From contig JACPKY010000002.1 in NCBI GenBank assembly GCA_016186795.1, forward strand, positions 465,044 through 529,043: a DNA stretch of 64,000 nucleotides. Direction: 5' to 3'. Numbering within the stretch: position 1 is the first letter of the stretch; each line of letters starts with the position of its first letter. The notes below the pieces were generated by a model. The model saw only the letters and a program-made list of their open reading frames with translations, did no database searches and had not been told where the DNA came from. Below are positions 45,728 to 54,832 of the stretch, piece after piece. Position numbers and translations under genes: made by a program. This DNA comes from Candidatus Gottesmanbacteria bacterium. Lineage in GTDB: Bacteria > Patescibacteriota > Microgenomatia > 2-02-FULL-39-11.

Positions 45728-47365
45728 ATGAAGAAATGGACTATTCTCGTTTCTATTCTTATCATATCGGCTCTATTGCTTTTCAGTACTGTTGCCAATC
45801 TTTCCTATCCCCTTTTATGGAACGATGAAGCGCTTGGAATCATGCTAACGAAGTCTACACTTCATGGTGGCTATCCGCGCGTTTATTTTCAAGGTAACAT
45901 TCTCAATCAATTCCATAGAGATCTCCTGAAACCACTCGTAGATCAAGAAACTGGTGCCTCAAAAGAAAATGGTTGGCTGGCGTATTACATTGGAGCACCG
46001 TTTGTAGCGCTTTCTGAAAGAATCGATAATATATATCTTCAAACAGGAATAGTTAGGCTCCCATTTGCTATCATTGGTTTTGCAAGCATATTTATTTTTG
46101 GAGCTATTGCCCGACTTTTTTTCTCACAAGGGGGCCAAAAACGGAATAGTTTTTTCCTCGTTCTTTTTCTCTCTCTTATTGATATACCACTCCTTCTCCA
46201 TATCCGGGAAGCCAGATATTACTCAGTTCTCCTTTTTATTGTCGGATTCTACTGGTATGTGCTTCTAAGGTACGTACTCTTCAATACTATTTCCTACCGT
46301 TTATTCCTTTTTCTCATGCCGGTTGTTTGTCTTGCCATTTTCCTAACCTATCCCCCGGCAGTGTTCCCATCTCTAGGCATACTTTTTATTGCATCTGGTA
46401 TTTTCCAGAGACGCATCCGTAAACCGACACTCAAGTCTCTCTTGCCATTCATGGCAGCAATAGTTGTAACATCTCCGGCTTTTTTGTTTTTTGACATCTT
46501 CCACCTTGCCGAATTGACTGCCAAAATATACCATGTCACACCGCTTATGGTTTACAAAAATATTGTCACTATCACTTCACGAATTTATGCCGATACTCTC
46601 CTTATGTTTGTCGGTTTAGGGATTGGGGTTGCTATTCTTTTGGTTAAGACGAATAGAGCAAGTACTTCTCTTCGGTTTTTCCTCCTCTTCTCATTTCTGG
46701 TTGCTATATTTGGTGTCGGAACTCTCGCAACACTTTCCCGGATACCTTTCGTTTTCACCAGATATTATATTTATCTGTATCCACTTGTCACAATCAGTGC
46801 AGTTATCGCTATAATAACGATCAGAGAACTTCCTTTGCCGAAAAAATCTCTCATCTGGAAAAAAAGTACCCTTTTTTTCCTTCTTTGCATCATGGTCTTT
46901 AACCTCACTATCCATAACGGAGGAGAGAAAGCCCGTCGCATTGCAGGTTACATCTTTCAACTTACCCATCGCTATGAAGGTCCACTGGACGTTATTATTC
47001 CCTATATCCTCGCCCACTTTTCAACGCCACAAAAACTTATTATCGCCACAAACTACGAAGAGTTCTCTTACATGTACTACCTTCGCAGCCGAGTGACAGT
47101 AGGATTCATGGGAATCAATTTGGAGGAAGATCTGAAGACAACTGCGGATATTATCGTATACCGGCCAGGATGGGGGACAGACCCAAATATTTTTCGATAT
47201 TTCCTCTCAAAAGATACTTACGATGAGGTGACGTTCCCGATTTTCAACTACCCACTAAACAATATTCCTGAGTTTTATTTTGGCTATCCGCACCAATTCC
47301 GAACGCTTTATGCGAAAAAAGAGGAAGAAAAGGTAAGAATTTTTGTCCGCAGGGGGAGTATTTAA
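45728..47365 (+). CDS. Polytopic membrane protein, probable GT-C glycosyltransferase
   Basis: 545 aa with 12+ TM segments, an early acidic loop (LLWNDEALGIMLTKSTLHGGYPRVYF), and a C-terminal soluble domain. Confidence 0.45.
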   Translation: MKKWTILVSILIISALLLFSTVANLSYPLLWNDEALGIMLTKSTLHGGYPRVYFQGNILNQFHRDLLKPLVDQETGASKENGWLAYYIGAPFVALSERIDNIYLQTGIVRLPFAIIGFASIFIFGAIARLFFSQGGQKRNSFFLVLFLSLIDIPLLLHIREARYYSVLLFIVGFYWYVLLRYVLFNTISYRLFLFLMPVVCLAIFLTYPPAVFPSLGILFIASGIFQRRIRKPTLKSLLPFMAAIVVTSPAFLFFDIFHLAELTAKIYHVTPLMVYKNIVTITSRIYADTLLMFVGLGIGVAILLVKTNRASTSLRFFLLFSFLVAIFGVGTLATLSRIPFVFTRYYIYLYPLVTISAVIAIITIRELPLPKKSLIWKKSTLFFLLCIMVFNLTIHNGGEKARRIAGYIFQLTHRYEGPLDVIIPYILAHFSTPQKLIIATNYEEFSYMYYLRSRVTVGFMGINLEEDLKTTADIIVYRPGWGTDPNIFRYFLSKDTYDEVTFPIFNYPLNNIPEFYFGYPHQFRTLYAKKEEEKVRIFVRRGSI

Positions 47366-47368
47366 TAT

Positions 47369-48922
47369 TTAATTTACGATATTTCGAACGTCATAAAGAA
47401 GAATCCCGCTATTGGATGCTACAGTCGGAAAGTATGAGAAGGGATTTTCCAATGGAAGGCGCTCCAATTTGCGAGTACTCATTTCTTCCAAACCATAATA
47501 GACAAAGTCGATAGTGTTATTCCTTATAAATTCCAGCTGTCTCTCTTTATCCATTTTCGAGTAAAATGCCTTCGCAAGGGTTTCCTTCTCTAAACTATTC
47601 GGCGTTTGGAATTTGTGCCCGAAATAGACTCGATTATTGGAGTGGGCAGGAATATAGTTCCCTATCCGATATAAAGAAAGTATCGAACTACCTTGAGGTA
47701 ACCTCTCTATCTTTGACAACATATCACCTTCACTTTCACTTAGGAAGAAAAACGAGTTGTTTTTCTCTATTTTTATCAATTTCTGAAATACATAGAAACG
47801 AGGTAAGAGTGAGAAAAGGGTAACAAAGGTTACGGCAATAAGAAGATATCTCCGATTAGGAATTAGATCGGGAAACATAAGAAAGGCAAGTGTCACAGCC
47901 CATATGAAAACCCCTTTCATGAAATACAAATGGAATCCGAATGGGGAAAGTGCGAAAAAAAGTTGACTCAGGAAAAAAATTTTTACAAGACTCATTTTGA
48001 GACTATTTTTTCCAAAAACAAGCCCAATAAATAAAGGAATGGACAATAAACCAAATCCAGAAACAAGCGATAACGAATCAACGTTAAAAAGCTTCTGATT
48101 TATAAGACCAGAAAATCCTGGATTATCTAAAAGAGCTGAAAGAGCAGAAAGATAGTAGATTCCAAAGAAAAGTACTATAGCAATTGGATACAAAACCGTT
48201 ATTTTTATCTTTTTGATTACATATATCCAAAGACTCACAATAAGTCCTATGAGAAGATAAACAACTGCAAAAGGAGGGTGAAGCAGTATACTTATGCAGC
48301 TGAAAACCCCCGCCCAATACAGGCTGGAACGGCTAAATGTTTGAAAAAACTTATGTAAGAATACAAATGTTAAAAGAAGACATACAGTACTTAATGCATC
48401 ATGTCCTCGTTCTAAAGCATTAACCAGTGTAAATCCGGCAATCTTTAGATCTGCTGAAAAACTAAGTAATGATAAGAAACCAAATCCTCCCCCAAGAACC
48501 ATAACAACAAAAGCAGAAAGACGGATAATCTGGTCGGAAAATAGTTCCTTTGCCACCATATAGCATGCAACGATAAGCACAATCCCAGTAACAATCGAAG
48601 CAATATGGAACAGAATAAATGGATCAAGATTGAATAATCTGTTTATGACACCAAGAAATGTGTAGTATTGATAAATATAAACTGGTCCATGAGGAATTGT
48701 TGCATAGGTATTAACCAATCCCATTCCATAAAGTTGGCCGTACCGCATATATGACACTTGGAAATTGGTATCCCACGCGTCGAACCATGAAGTTTGTTTT
48801 GGATACCAATATCCTTCCGGAGTATTGAACCAGTGGTAGAGGGTTGGAAATTTAGCAAAGAAAATGGCAAGGAAGATCACTCCTGCCACAAACATTGCTT
48901 CTCGTGTAAAAAGGCGCTTCAT
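47369..48922 (-). CDS. Polytopic membrane protein, probable GT-C glycosyltransferase
   Basis: 517 aa with multiple TM segments and a C-terminal soluble domain. Convergent with the previous gene across only a 3-nt gap. Confidence 0.45.
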   Translation of the reverse strand: MKRLFTREAMFVAGVIFLAIFFAKFPTLYHWFNTPEGYWYPKQTSWFDAWDTNFQVSYMRYGQLYGMGLVNTYATIPHGPVYIYQYYTFLGVINRLFNLDPFILFHIASIVTGIVLIVACYMVAKELFSDQIIRLSAFVVMVLGGGFGFLSLLSFSADLKIAGFTLVNALERGHDALSTVCLLLTFVFLHKFFQTFSRSSLYWAGVFSCISILLHPPFAVVYLLIGLIVSLWIYVIKKIKITVLYPIAIVLFFGIYYLSALSALLDNPGFSGLINQKLFNVDSLSLVSGFGLLSIPLFIGLVFGKNSLKMSLVKIFFLSQLFFALSPFGFHLYFMKGVFIWAVTLAFLMFPDLIPNRRYLLIAVTFVTLFSLLPRFYVFQKLIKIEKNNSFFFLSESEGDMLSKIERLPQGSSILSLYRIGNYIPAHSNNRVYFGHKFQTPNSLEKETLAKAFYSKMDKERQLEFIRNNTIDFVYYGLEEMSTRKLERLPLENPFSYFPTVASNSGILLYDVRNIVN

Positions 48923-49044
48923 TATCTTTTGTCCTGGCCGGATTCTATATCAAGCGCCTTGGTGTTTGCAATACGTTCCCCCAAATACCATTGAACTCCC
49001 CTTCTAGAAAGGAGAGTTCGAAATGGCAGAAAATACTTCGTGGT

Positions 49045-49635
49045 TTACAGTCTAACTTTGAGCCACAGAGTATTCAGTTTGGTCGTGATAAGTGTCGTGA
49101 TACTTGCATCCCCACCGGCTGCTGTTCCATTGCCGGTATTATTGTTGGCAGTATTTCCTCCGGTATTGACGATTGAAGAGAACGTATTTGTTACATTACC
49201 GCTATTGGTTAGAGTAAACGTAAAGTTTTTGGTTGCATTGATATCAGCATTGACCGTTGAGTTTTGTCCGGTCATGTTGACAGTTATATTGTCACAATCG
49301 CATGTTGCATTATCATCACTAAGATCGACATCTACGTTGGATGTATTCATTTCCACTTCTTGTGTCTGATTTTGTGTGCTATTGCCGGCAATTGCTGTAC
49401 CATCTTTGGTGTTGTTATCCGCAGAATTATTTCCGGTTGTTGCATTGTACGTCACATTTTGCGTGAGCGTGTTGGCATTCGTTACTGTCAATAGATGATT
49501 CTTAATACGATCAATTCGTGCATTGACAACAGATTGCTGACCGGTGTTACTGATACTTATTCCTGCAAATGCCGGTACGGTACTTGCAAGGATCATCCCG
49601 ATACCCACTGCACCAGTTAAAAGTTTCTTTATCAT
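49045..49635 (-). CDS. Secreted Asn/Thr-rich repeat protein (short member of the paralog family)
   Basis: SD GGAGGTGAAAA + ATG. Signal peptide MIKKLLTGAVGIGMILASTVPAFA is conserved with the 42069 gene (…LTGA…VPAFA). Modules include NATTGNNSADNNTKDGTAIAGNST and NTGGNTANNNTGNGTAAGGDAS. Confidence 0.65.
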   Translation of the reverse strand: MIKKLLTGAVGIGMILASTVPAFAGISISNTGQQSVVNARIDRIKNHLLTVTNANTLTQNVTYNATTGNNSADNNTKDGTAIAGNSTQNQTQEVEMNTSNVDVDLSDDNATCDCDNITVNMTGQNSTVNADINATKNFTFTLTNSGNVTNTFSSIVNTGGNTANNNTGNGTAAGGDASITTLITTKLNTLWLKVRL

Positions 49636-49697
49636 TTTTTCACCTCCTTTCCCTTCGGCTACCCTCAGGGCAAGCCGGGCAGAGTATTTTGCTGCAT

Positions 49698-49735
49698 AAA
49701 AAACACTCTCTCCCGACTTAGTCGGGATTGAGTGT
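49698..49735 (-). terminator. Second terminator-like hairpin in leader C (CACTC-A-ATCCCGAC-TAA-GTCGGGA-GAGAGTG + U6) containing the TCCCGAY-N3-RTCGGGA palindrome
   Basis: Minus-sense ACACTCAATCCCGACTAAGTCGGGAGAGAGTGTTTTTTATG. Confidence 0.4.
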
Positions 49736-49831
49736 GGTTTGAGAGATGGGCAGACTACAATACATATTAGGCAGTAATCAAATTAAGATGAAAAATGATA
49801 CACCGGGCAGGTGTACATATTTTCCTTCGAT

Positions 49832-49860
49832 AAAAAAAGCAATCCTATCCTTTGGATTGC
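49832..49860 (-). terminator. Intrinsic terminator (GCAATCC-AAAGGATA-GGATTGC + U7) in leader C
   Basis: Minus-sense GGAGGCAATCCAAAGGATAGGATTGCTTTTTTTATCG. Shares GCAA with the 3' strand of the motif stem. Confidence 0.55.
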
Positions 49861-49880
49861 CTCCGTTTGCGGTGAGCAAA
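49861..49880 (-). promoter_or_regulatory. Conserved leader RNA stem-loop, copy C (stem TTGCTC/GAG(G)CAA, loop ACCGCAAACG)
   Basis: Minus-sense TTTGCTCACCGCAAACGGAGGCAA. The apical CCG-CAAA-CGG corresponds to CCG-CACA-CGG in copies A and B. Confidence 0.5.
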
Positions 49881-49890
49881 CTCTATATCC

Positions 49891-49920
49891 ACTGTAAAAC
49901 ATTTTTCGAACCCTTGTCAA
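49891..49920 (-). promoter_or_regulatory. Promoter TTGACAAGG-N15-TACAGT for leader C (divergent from the 49954 gene)
   Basis: Minus-sense TTGACAAGGGTTCGAAAAATGTTTTACAGTGG. Confidence 0.4.
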
Positions 49921-49953
49921 GTACCTATCTGTAACGATAGTATTTGTCTTGGT

Positions 49954-51495
49954 ATGATATACTCGTATCCGTTTCCAAAGAAATATATCGATATGAAAGC
50001 ATTCGTTTCTCTCGGTAAACTCTTTCTATTCCAATTTTTCCCATATGTGGTAGTTTTTACCGCATCGCTTTATTTCCCAAATGATTCTGACCTTGGCTGG
50101 CATCTTGCATACGGCGAATACTTCTTCCAAATAGGAACAATACTAAAAGAAAATATTTTCTCAACCACGATGGTTGGCTTTCCGTGGGTAAATAGTTCAT
50201 GGGGGACAGATCTAGTTACCTATTCTATTTTTTCTCAATTTGGATTCGTGGGTCTTTCTGTTGCAGCAGCACTTGTTATTACACTTATTTTCTTTTTCCT
50301 CTCACGGGCTTTCCGTCTCACTTTTTGGGAACGAGCCCTCCTTTTCCCAATCATGCTTTTTATGGAAATGCCCATGTTTGAAGTATCGTTTCGCGGTCAT
50401 CTCCTAACACTTCTTTTTGTTGCAATCCTCTATTTTCTCCTACGTCGATATGAGGAAGGAAAGTGGAAATTCCTCCTTCTTATCCCAGCTCTTTTTACTC
50501 TCTGGGCAAATATCCACGGTGCGTTTATCCTCGGACTTGGACTGGTCGGTATTTGGCACGGATTATATGTCGTCCGCACGTTTCTCAACACGGACAAAAA
50601 GGATCGGGTACGAAAAACACTCTCAGCAATCCGAACTGGTTTTCTCCTTCTTAGTGCCTCAATTGCGGGAACACTTATCCATCCGTTTGGAATAAAAATC
50701 TATGAAGAATCACTCAAACACTTCGGCAATCCCCTGCAAAGGTTTATTATCGAATGGCTCCCGTTTGATAGATTCTCACTTCTGTGGTGGACGCTTATCG
50801 CCTGGGAACTTCTCATATTCGTGAGTTTCGCAGTTATTATCAAAGAGAAAAAATTTACAAAACTCCTTCCGTGGATTGGAGCACCAGTCCTTCTTCTCAT
50901 TCTTTCTTTTTTCGTTCGGCGCTATACCTGGCCGCTTATCCTTATCTCACTCCCCCTTATCCGGCAAACAGCACGTATCATCAAACCAACGCTTGATGAT
51001 GTGTCTACTTCTATTGCAGTTTTTATCTTTGTTAGCCTCTACGGATACTATCTATTTTTTAACCCCTCGAAAGCTTTTCTTGCCCAACCCACTTGGAATA
51101 TGTACTGTGAATTCATAAAGTGCTCACCACAATCGGCAGAGTTTCTTCGCTCCCAAATCCTTCGGCAAAGCTCAGGACAAGCAGACTACTCCGGAAAGCT
51201 TATGACATTTTATAACTGGGGCGGGTGGATTATATGGAACTACTTTCCTGATATACAACCCTCAATTGATGGCAGAATGCATCTTTGGCAAGATGAAAAG
51301 GGCTATAGCGCATTTATCGAGTACTACCCGTATGAACAAAACTGGAAGGATATCGATGAGTCTTCCTACGATATTGTGTATATGACGACCGCAAAACCAG
51401 TACACAGGAGGCTTATGGAGCTGGTTTCTGAAAATAAATGGAGTGCTCCCTATTCTGATCCCTACGCCACAGTTTTTGTACGAAACAAGAAATAG
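49954..51495 (+). CDS. Polytopic membrane protein, probable GT-C glycosyltransferase
   Basis: 513 aa with 12+ TM segments, an early loop DLGWHLAYGEYFF, and a C-terminal soluble domain. Confidence 0.45.
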   Translation: MIYSYPFPKKYIDMKAFVSLGKLFLFQFFPYVVVFTASLYFPNDSDLGWHLAYGEYFFQIGTILKENIFSTTMVGFPWVNSSWGTDLVTYSIFSQFGFVGLSVAAALVITLIFFFLSRAFRLTFWERALLFPIMLFMEMPMFEVSFRGHLLTLLFVAILYFLLRRYEEGKWKFLLLIPALFTLWANIHGAFILGLGLVGIWHGLYVVRTFLNTDKKDRVRKTLSAIRTGFLLLSASIAGTLIHPFGIKIYEESLKHFGNPLQRFIIEWLPFDRFSLLWWTLIAWELLIFVSFAVIIKEKKFTKLLPWIGAPVLLLILSFFVRRYTWPLILISLPLIRQTARIIKPTLDDVSTSIAVFIFVSLYGYYLFFNPSKAFLAQPTWNMYCEFIKCSPQSAEFLRSQILRQSSGQADYSGKLMTFYNWGGWIIWNYFPDIQPSIDGRMHLWQDEKGYSAFIEYYPYEQNWKDIDESSYDIVYMTTAKPVHRRLMELVSENKWSAPYSDPYATVFVRNKK

Positions 51496-51499
51496 GTCC

Positions 51500-52903
51500 T
51501 CATCTACAGAGGAAAGAAAATCGACTACAGAATCTACTCCAGGGGTTTTTTGAATAAGAAGGCGTTGGCGTGGGTGTCGGAGTTTTTATTGTTGGAGTAG
51601 GAGTAGAAGTAGGCACTTTCGTTGGAGTAAGTGTAGGTGTCGGAGTTGGAACCGAGGTTGGAGTTGGGGTAATTGTCTGAGTTGGAGTAGGAGAGGGGAC
51701 AAAATTATTTGAAAATGACGCCATTGTTTTATAGGCATTTATCCTCCCATACACCCAAGAGACGTTTGTTCCCGCGATTCTATCCGTATTAGCAAAAATT
51801 GCATTTTCCACATCTTGAGCTGATAAACCAGAAATACTATAAACAAGTGCTGCAAGTCCTGCTACGTGAGGAGAAGCCATAGATGTTCCTGACAAACTCC
51901 CGTAACTCACCTTATTCATAGAATTTTGATAGTGGGGGAGTGTCGAATAGATAGAAACCCCAGGCGCTGCAACATCGACCCAATTTCCGAAATTTGACCA
52001 ACTCGGCTTCACATCGTTTTGATCAACAGCGGCAACAGAAATAACTCCTGGCAAATAAGCAGGATAACTTGGAGAATTTGTACCAGAATTCCCCGCTGCT
52101 GCAACGAGAACGACTCCCTTCCCCCGTGCGTAGTTGACACTATCGGCAAGCATCTGCGAAGAAGATCCGCCACCCAAACTCATATTGATTACGTTGGCGC
52201 CGTTATCTGCAGCCCACACAATACAATCCGCAATCCACGAATAATACCCAGATCCGGAATCTCCTAATGCTTTTGCATTGAGAAGACTTGTTTTATAACC
52301 AACGCCAGCTACCCCAATTCCATTATTTGTACTGGCGGCAACAATGCCTGCAACATGTGTCCCATGCCCGTAAAGATCCTCAACAGTTGAACTATCTGTA
52401 CAGTTCTTGGAACCAACTACTTTTCCCACCAAATCTTCATGAGTACTATCAATTCCTGTATCAACGATTGCAACTGATATATTGGAATTCCCTTCCGAAA
52501 TGTCCCACGCACGCCTTTGTCCTCCATACAACTCAACTTTTGGAAATCCCCACTGCAGATTATTTACAACCCCAGGATCGTTTATTAACACATCAGCCGT
52601 TGCCACGTAGTCTTTCTCGACATATTTCACTCGTGGATCTTGAGAAAGCTCCTCGCGAAAACTTCTCTCCTCTTCTGTGGGAACCTCAACGACTGCAATA
52701 TTCAGCTGATCAATAGTTGTAACCGGTGAGAGAGAAATACCTCTATGAAATTCCAGTCTGTTAAGGAAATTTCGATCTTCACTTTTTACAACTATTCTTT
52801 GTGATGTTTCACTAGCGTAAGTGGGTAAACGAGTTAAAAGAAGAAACGGGGAAAGAAAAAGGAGAATCAGGACAAGAAATTTATTCCAACTCCGTTTATT
52901 CAT
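51500..52903 (-). CDS. Secreted subtilisin-like serine protease (peptidase S8) with C-terminal Thr/Pro linker
   Basis: Signal peptide; catalytic triad motifs VAIVDTGID, HGTHVAGIVAA, GTSMASPHVAG; C-terminal [46 protein letters not shown]. Confidence 0.85.
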   Translation of the reverse strand: MNKRSWNKFLVLILLFLSPFLLLTRLPTYASETSQRIVVKSEDRNFLNRLEFHRGISLSPVTTIDQLNIAVVEVPTEEERSFREELSQDPRVKYVEKDYVATADVLINDPGVVNNLQWGFPKVELYGGQRRAWDISEGNSNISVAIVDTGIDSTHEDLVGKVVGSKNCTDSSTVEDLYGHGTHVAGIVAASTNNGIGVAGVGYKTSLLNAKALGDSGSGYYSWIADCIVWAADNGANVINMSLGGGSSSQMLADSVNYARGKGVVLVAAAGNSGTNSPSYPAYLPGVISVAAVDQNDVKPSWSNFGNWVDVAAPGVSIYSTLPHYQNSMNKVSYGSLSGTSMASPHVAGLAALVYSISGLSAQDVENAIFANTDRIAGTNVSWVYGRINAYKTMASFSNNFVPSPTPTQTITPTPTSVPTPTPTLTPTKVPTSTPTPTIKTPTPTPTPSYSKNPWSRFCSRFSFLCR

Positions 52904-53210
52904 AGTGTGGGTAAACAGGTTTAAACGTTCCGTTCACCTTGATGTGCCACAACCATCCTAGCACATTTACAATAGCAATACCAACCCGAAGTCCAGTAAA
53001 TGATCCAGGACCGGGATTGACGTGTATTTCCGAAATTTCAGACATCGTTAGATTTTCTGTTTTAAGTGCTTTATCAATAAGGGGAAGGACAATTTGTGAA
53101 GAGTATGTATTCTCCTTCTCAAATCTGATTTTTTCTTTCCCTCTTTCAACAATTCTCACTATCGTTTTTTTGCTGTTACTGGTATCGATATCAAGAAGGT
53201 AGTTTCTCAT
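52896..53210 (-). CDS. tsaB: tRNA t6A biosynthesis protein TsaB, truncated form (104 aa)
   Basis: MRNYLLDIDTSNSKKTIVRIV... through the C-terminal GPGSFTGLRVGIAIVNVLGW signature. Start at ATG 53208-53210; the ORF-track entry extends to 53321. Confidence 0.6.
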   Translation of the reverse strand: MRNYLLDIDTSNSKKTIVRIVERGKEKIRFEKENTYSSQIVLPLIDKALKTENLTMSEISEIHVNPGPGSFTGLRVGIAIVNVLGWLWHIKVNGTFKPVYPHYE

Positions 53211-53211
53211 A

Positions 53212-53796
53212 TCAATGTTTAGGAAATGTAATGTATCCTTGACGTTCAATAAAAAAGGGGTTTCTCGTACAGTTGACAACAGTTGAGGCCATTTTATATG
53301 TACATTCCCCTTCCAATACATAATCTACTTTGGCTAAAAGTTCATGGTCCAAATCCTGAAATGAATACGGAGTCTTCTGACCGTGAAAATTTGCTGATGG
53401 TCCGAGTAGGGGAATGCCTACCCTCTTAATAAGCGCAAGAGGTATTGGGTGATCTGGTTGGCGCATCCCAACAGTCTTCCCACCACCTCGAACCAGAGAT
53501 GGTACTAAATCTTGTTTACACCAGTAAATAATTGTTAAAGGACCCGGCCAATATGTTTTCATAAGATGTCGCACATTATTGGGGAGGGGAGAGGTGTAAT
53601 ATTTCTCTGCCAAAGAAATTGTATCGATAAGTACTGGCACTGCTTTTGTTTCTGGACGTCTGCGCAGAGTGAAGAGCCTTTTCACCGAATTAGGCTGGTC
53701 CATCCGGCAACCCATTCCGTATACTGTGTCGGTTGGATACACGACGATTCCTCCATCGTGGAATACTCTAATAGCTTCTTCTAATTTTTTTTCCAT
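53212..53796 (-). CDS. tsaC: L-threonylcarbamoyladenylate synthase (YrdC/Sua5 family)
   Basis: IRVFHDGGIVVYPTDTVYGMGCRMDQPNSVKRLFTLRRRPETKAVPVLI is the classic YrdC motif. Confidence 0.8.
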   Translation of the reverse strand: MEKKLEEAIRVFHDGGIVVYPTDTVYGMGCRMDQPNSVKRLFTLRRRPETKAVPVLIDTISLAEKYYTSPLPNNVRHLMKTYWPGPLTIIYWCKQDLVPSLVRGGGKTVGMRQPDHPIPLALIKRVGIPLLGPSANFHGQKTPYSFQDLDHELLAKVDYVLEGECTYKMASTVVNCTRNPFFIERQGYITFPKH

Positions 53797-54239
53797 ATCG
53801 TCACAATTCTTTCCTCTTCGTTTATCCGATTCATACGGATATCAATTCTTTTCTTTGGGAGATATTGACCCATTCGATCGGCCCATTCAATAGCAACAAT
53901 TGTATCAGGACGATGAAAAAGATCAACAATGCCCAGAGTTGGAATATCTTCTCCACTTACTCGATACAGGTCAAGATGGTAGAACACATGAATAGGTTTT
54001 TTTGCTATTTCATAATGTCGCACAATAATGAAAGTAGGGGAGAGAACACGTTTTTTGGGGAGGAAAAAGTGAATGATACTTTGAATAAACAGTGTTTTCC
54101 CAGCTCCCAATTCACCGTAGAAGCAGAGTACTTCCCCTCCCTGGAGCGTTCGGGCAAGTCTCTCCCCTAGATCTTTCGTTTTTTCAACTGATTTAAGCCG
54201 ATATGTGCCATTCATAGGATACCTTTGTGTTGTAAACAA
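53781..54239 (-). CDS. tsaE: tRNA t6A biosynthesis ATPase TsaE (YjeE)
   Basis: P-loop VLCFYGELGAGKTLFIQSII and an overall length of about 150 aa. Confidence 0.75.
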   Translation of the reverse strand: MFTTQRYPMNGTYRLKSVEKTKDLGERLARTLQGGEVLCFYGELGAGKTLFIQSIIHFFLPKKRVLSPTFIIVRHYEIAKKPIHVFYHLDLYRVSGEDIPTLGIVDLFHRPDTIVAIEWADRMGQYLPKKRIDIRMNRINEEERIVTIWKKN

Positions 54240-54302
54240 TGGTAGTCCAATTATAATAGAGCGTATACCCTCCGCACTTGAAAATGCTCCGGGTATAACT
54301 CC

Positions 54303-54319
54303 TTCTAGACTGATCCCGA
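54303..54319 (+). promoter_or_regulatory. Inverted repeat TCCCGAT-TTA-ATCGGGA about 30 nt upstream of the GNAT start (candidate operator); same palindrome family as 43387..43403 and 49711..49727
   Basis: Perfect 7-3-7 palindrome in the divergent tsaE/GNAT intergenic region. Confidence 0.35.
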
Positions 54320-54349
54320 TTTAATCGGGATGCAGTAAGAAGGGTATAT

Positions 54350-54832
54350 ATGATAATACGAGTCATGCAAGAAACTGACATACAAGAACTTGCCATCTTA
54401 GGAAAACAACTCCTTGATATTCATACGACATTTGACAGTATGTATTATACGCTTGAGGAAAATTTCACCACCCTTTTCTCTGACTGGCTTAGAAATCAAC
54501 TCTCTGCATCGAGCCAAATAGTCTTCGTGGCGGAGGAAGGTAGCGGAAATTCCAAAGGGGAAATTATCGGTTTTATTTCCGGGTTTATCAAATCGCTCTA
54601 TCCATGGTTTAAAGTGAAAGCTGTTGGACATGTATCGTATCTTGTTGTTGACCATAAGTATCGGAAACAACATATAGGAAAACAGTTAGAAGTTGCACTC
54701 ACCTCTTGGTTTTGCAAGAAAGGAGTCTCGTATATTGAGGTCTATACGGATGAAAAAAATCAGATTGGAGTCTACGCATGGTCATCGTATGGCTATGAAC
54801 CATTCAAAAAATACCTGCGGAAAAGAATCTAG
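54350..54832 (+). CDS. GNAT family N-acetyltransferase
   Basis: Motif A region VGHVSYLVVDHKYRKQHIGKQLEVAL. Confidence 0.7.
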   Translation: MIIRVMQETDIQELAILGKQLLDIHTTFDSMYYTLEENFTTLFSDWLRNQLSASSQIVFVAEEGSGNSKGEIIGFISGFIKSLYPWFKVKAVGHVSYLVVDHKYRKQHIGKQLEVALTSWFCKKGVSYIEVYTDEKNQIGVYAWSSYGYEPFKKYLRKRI

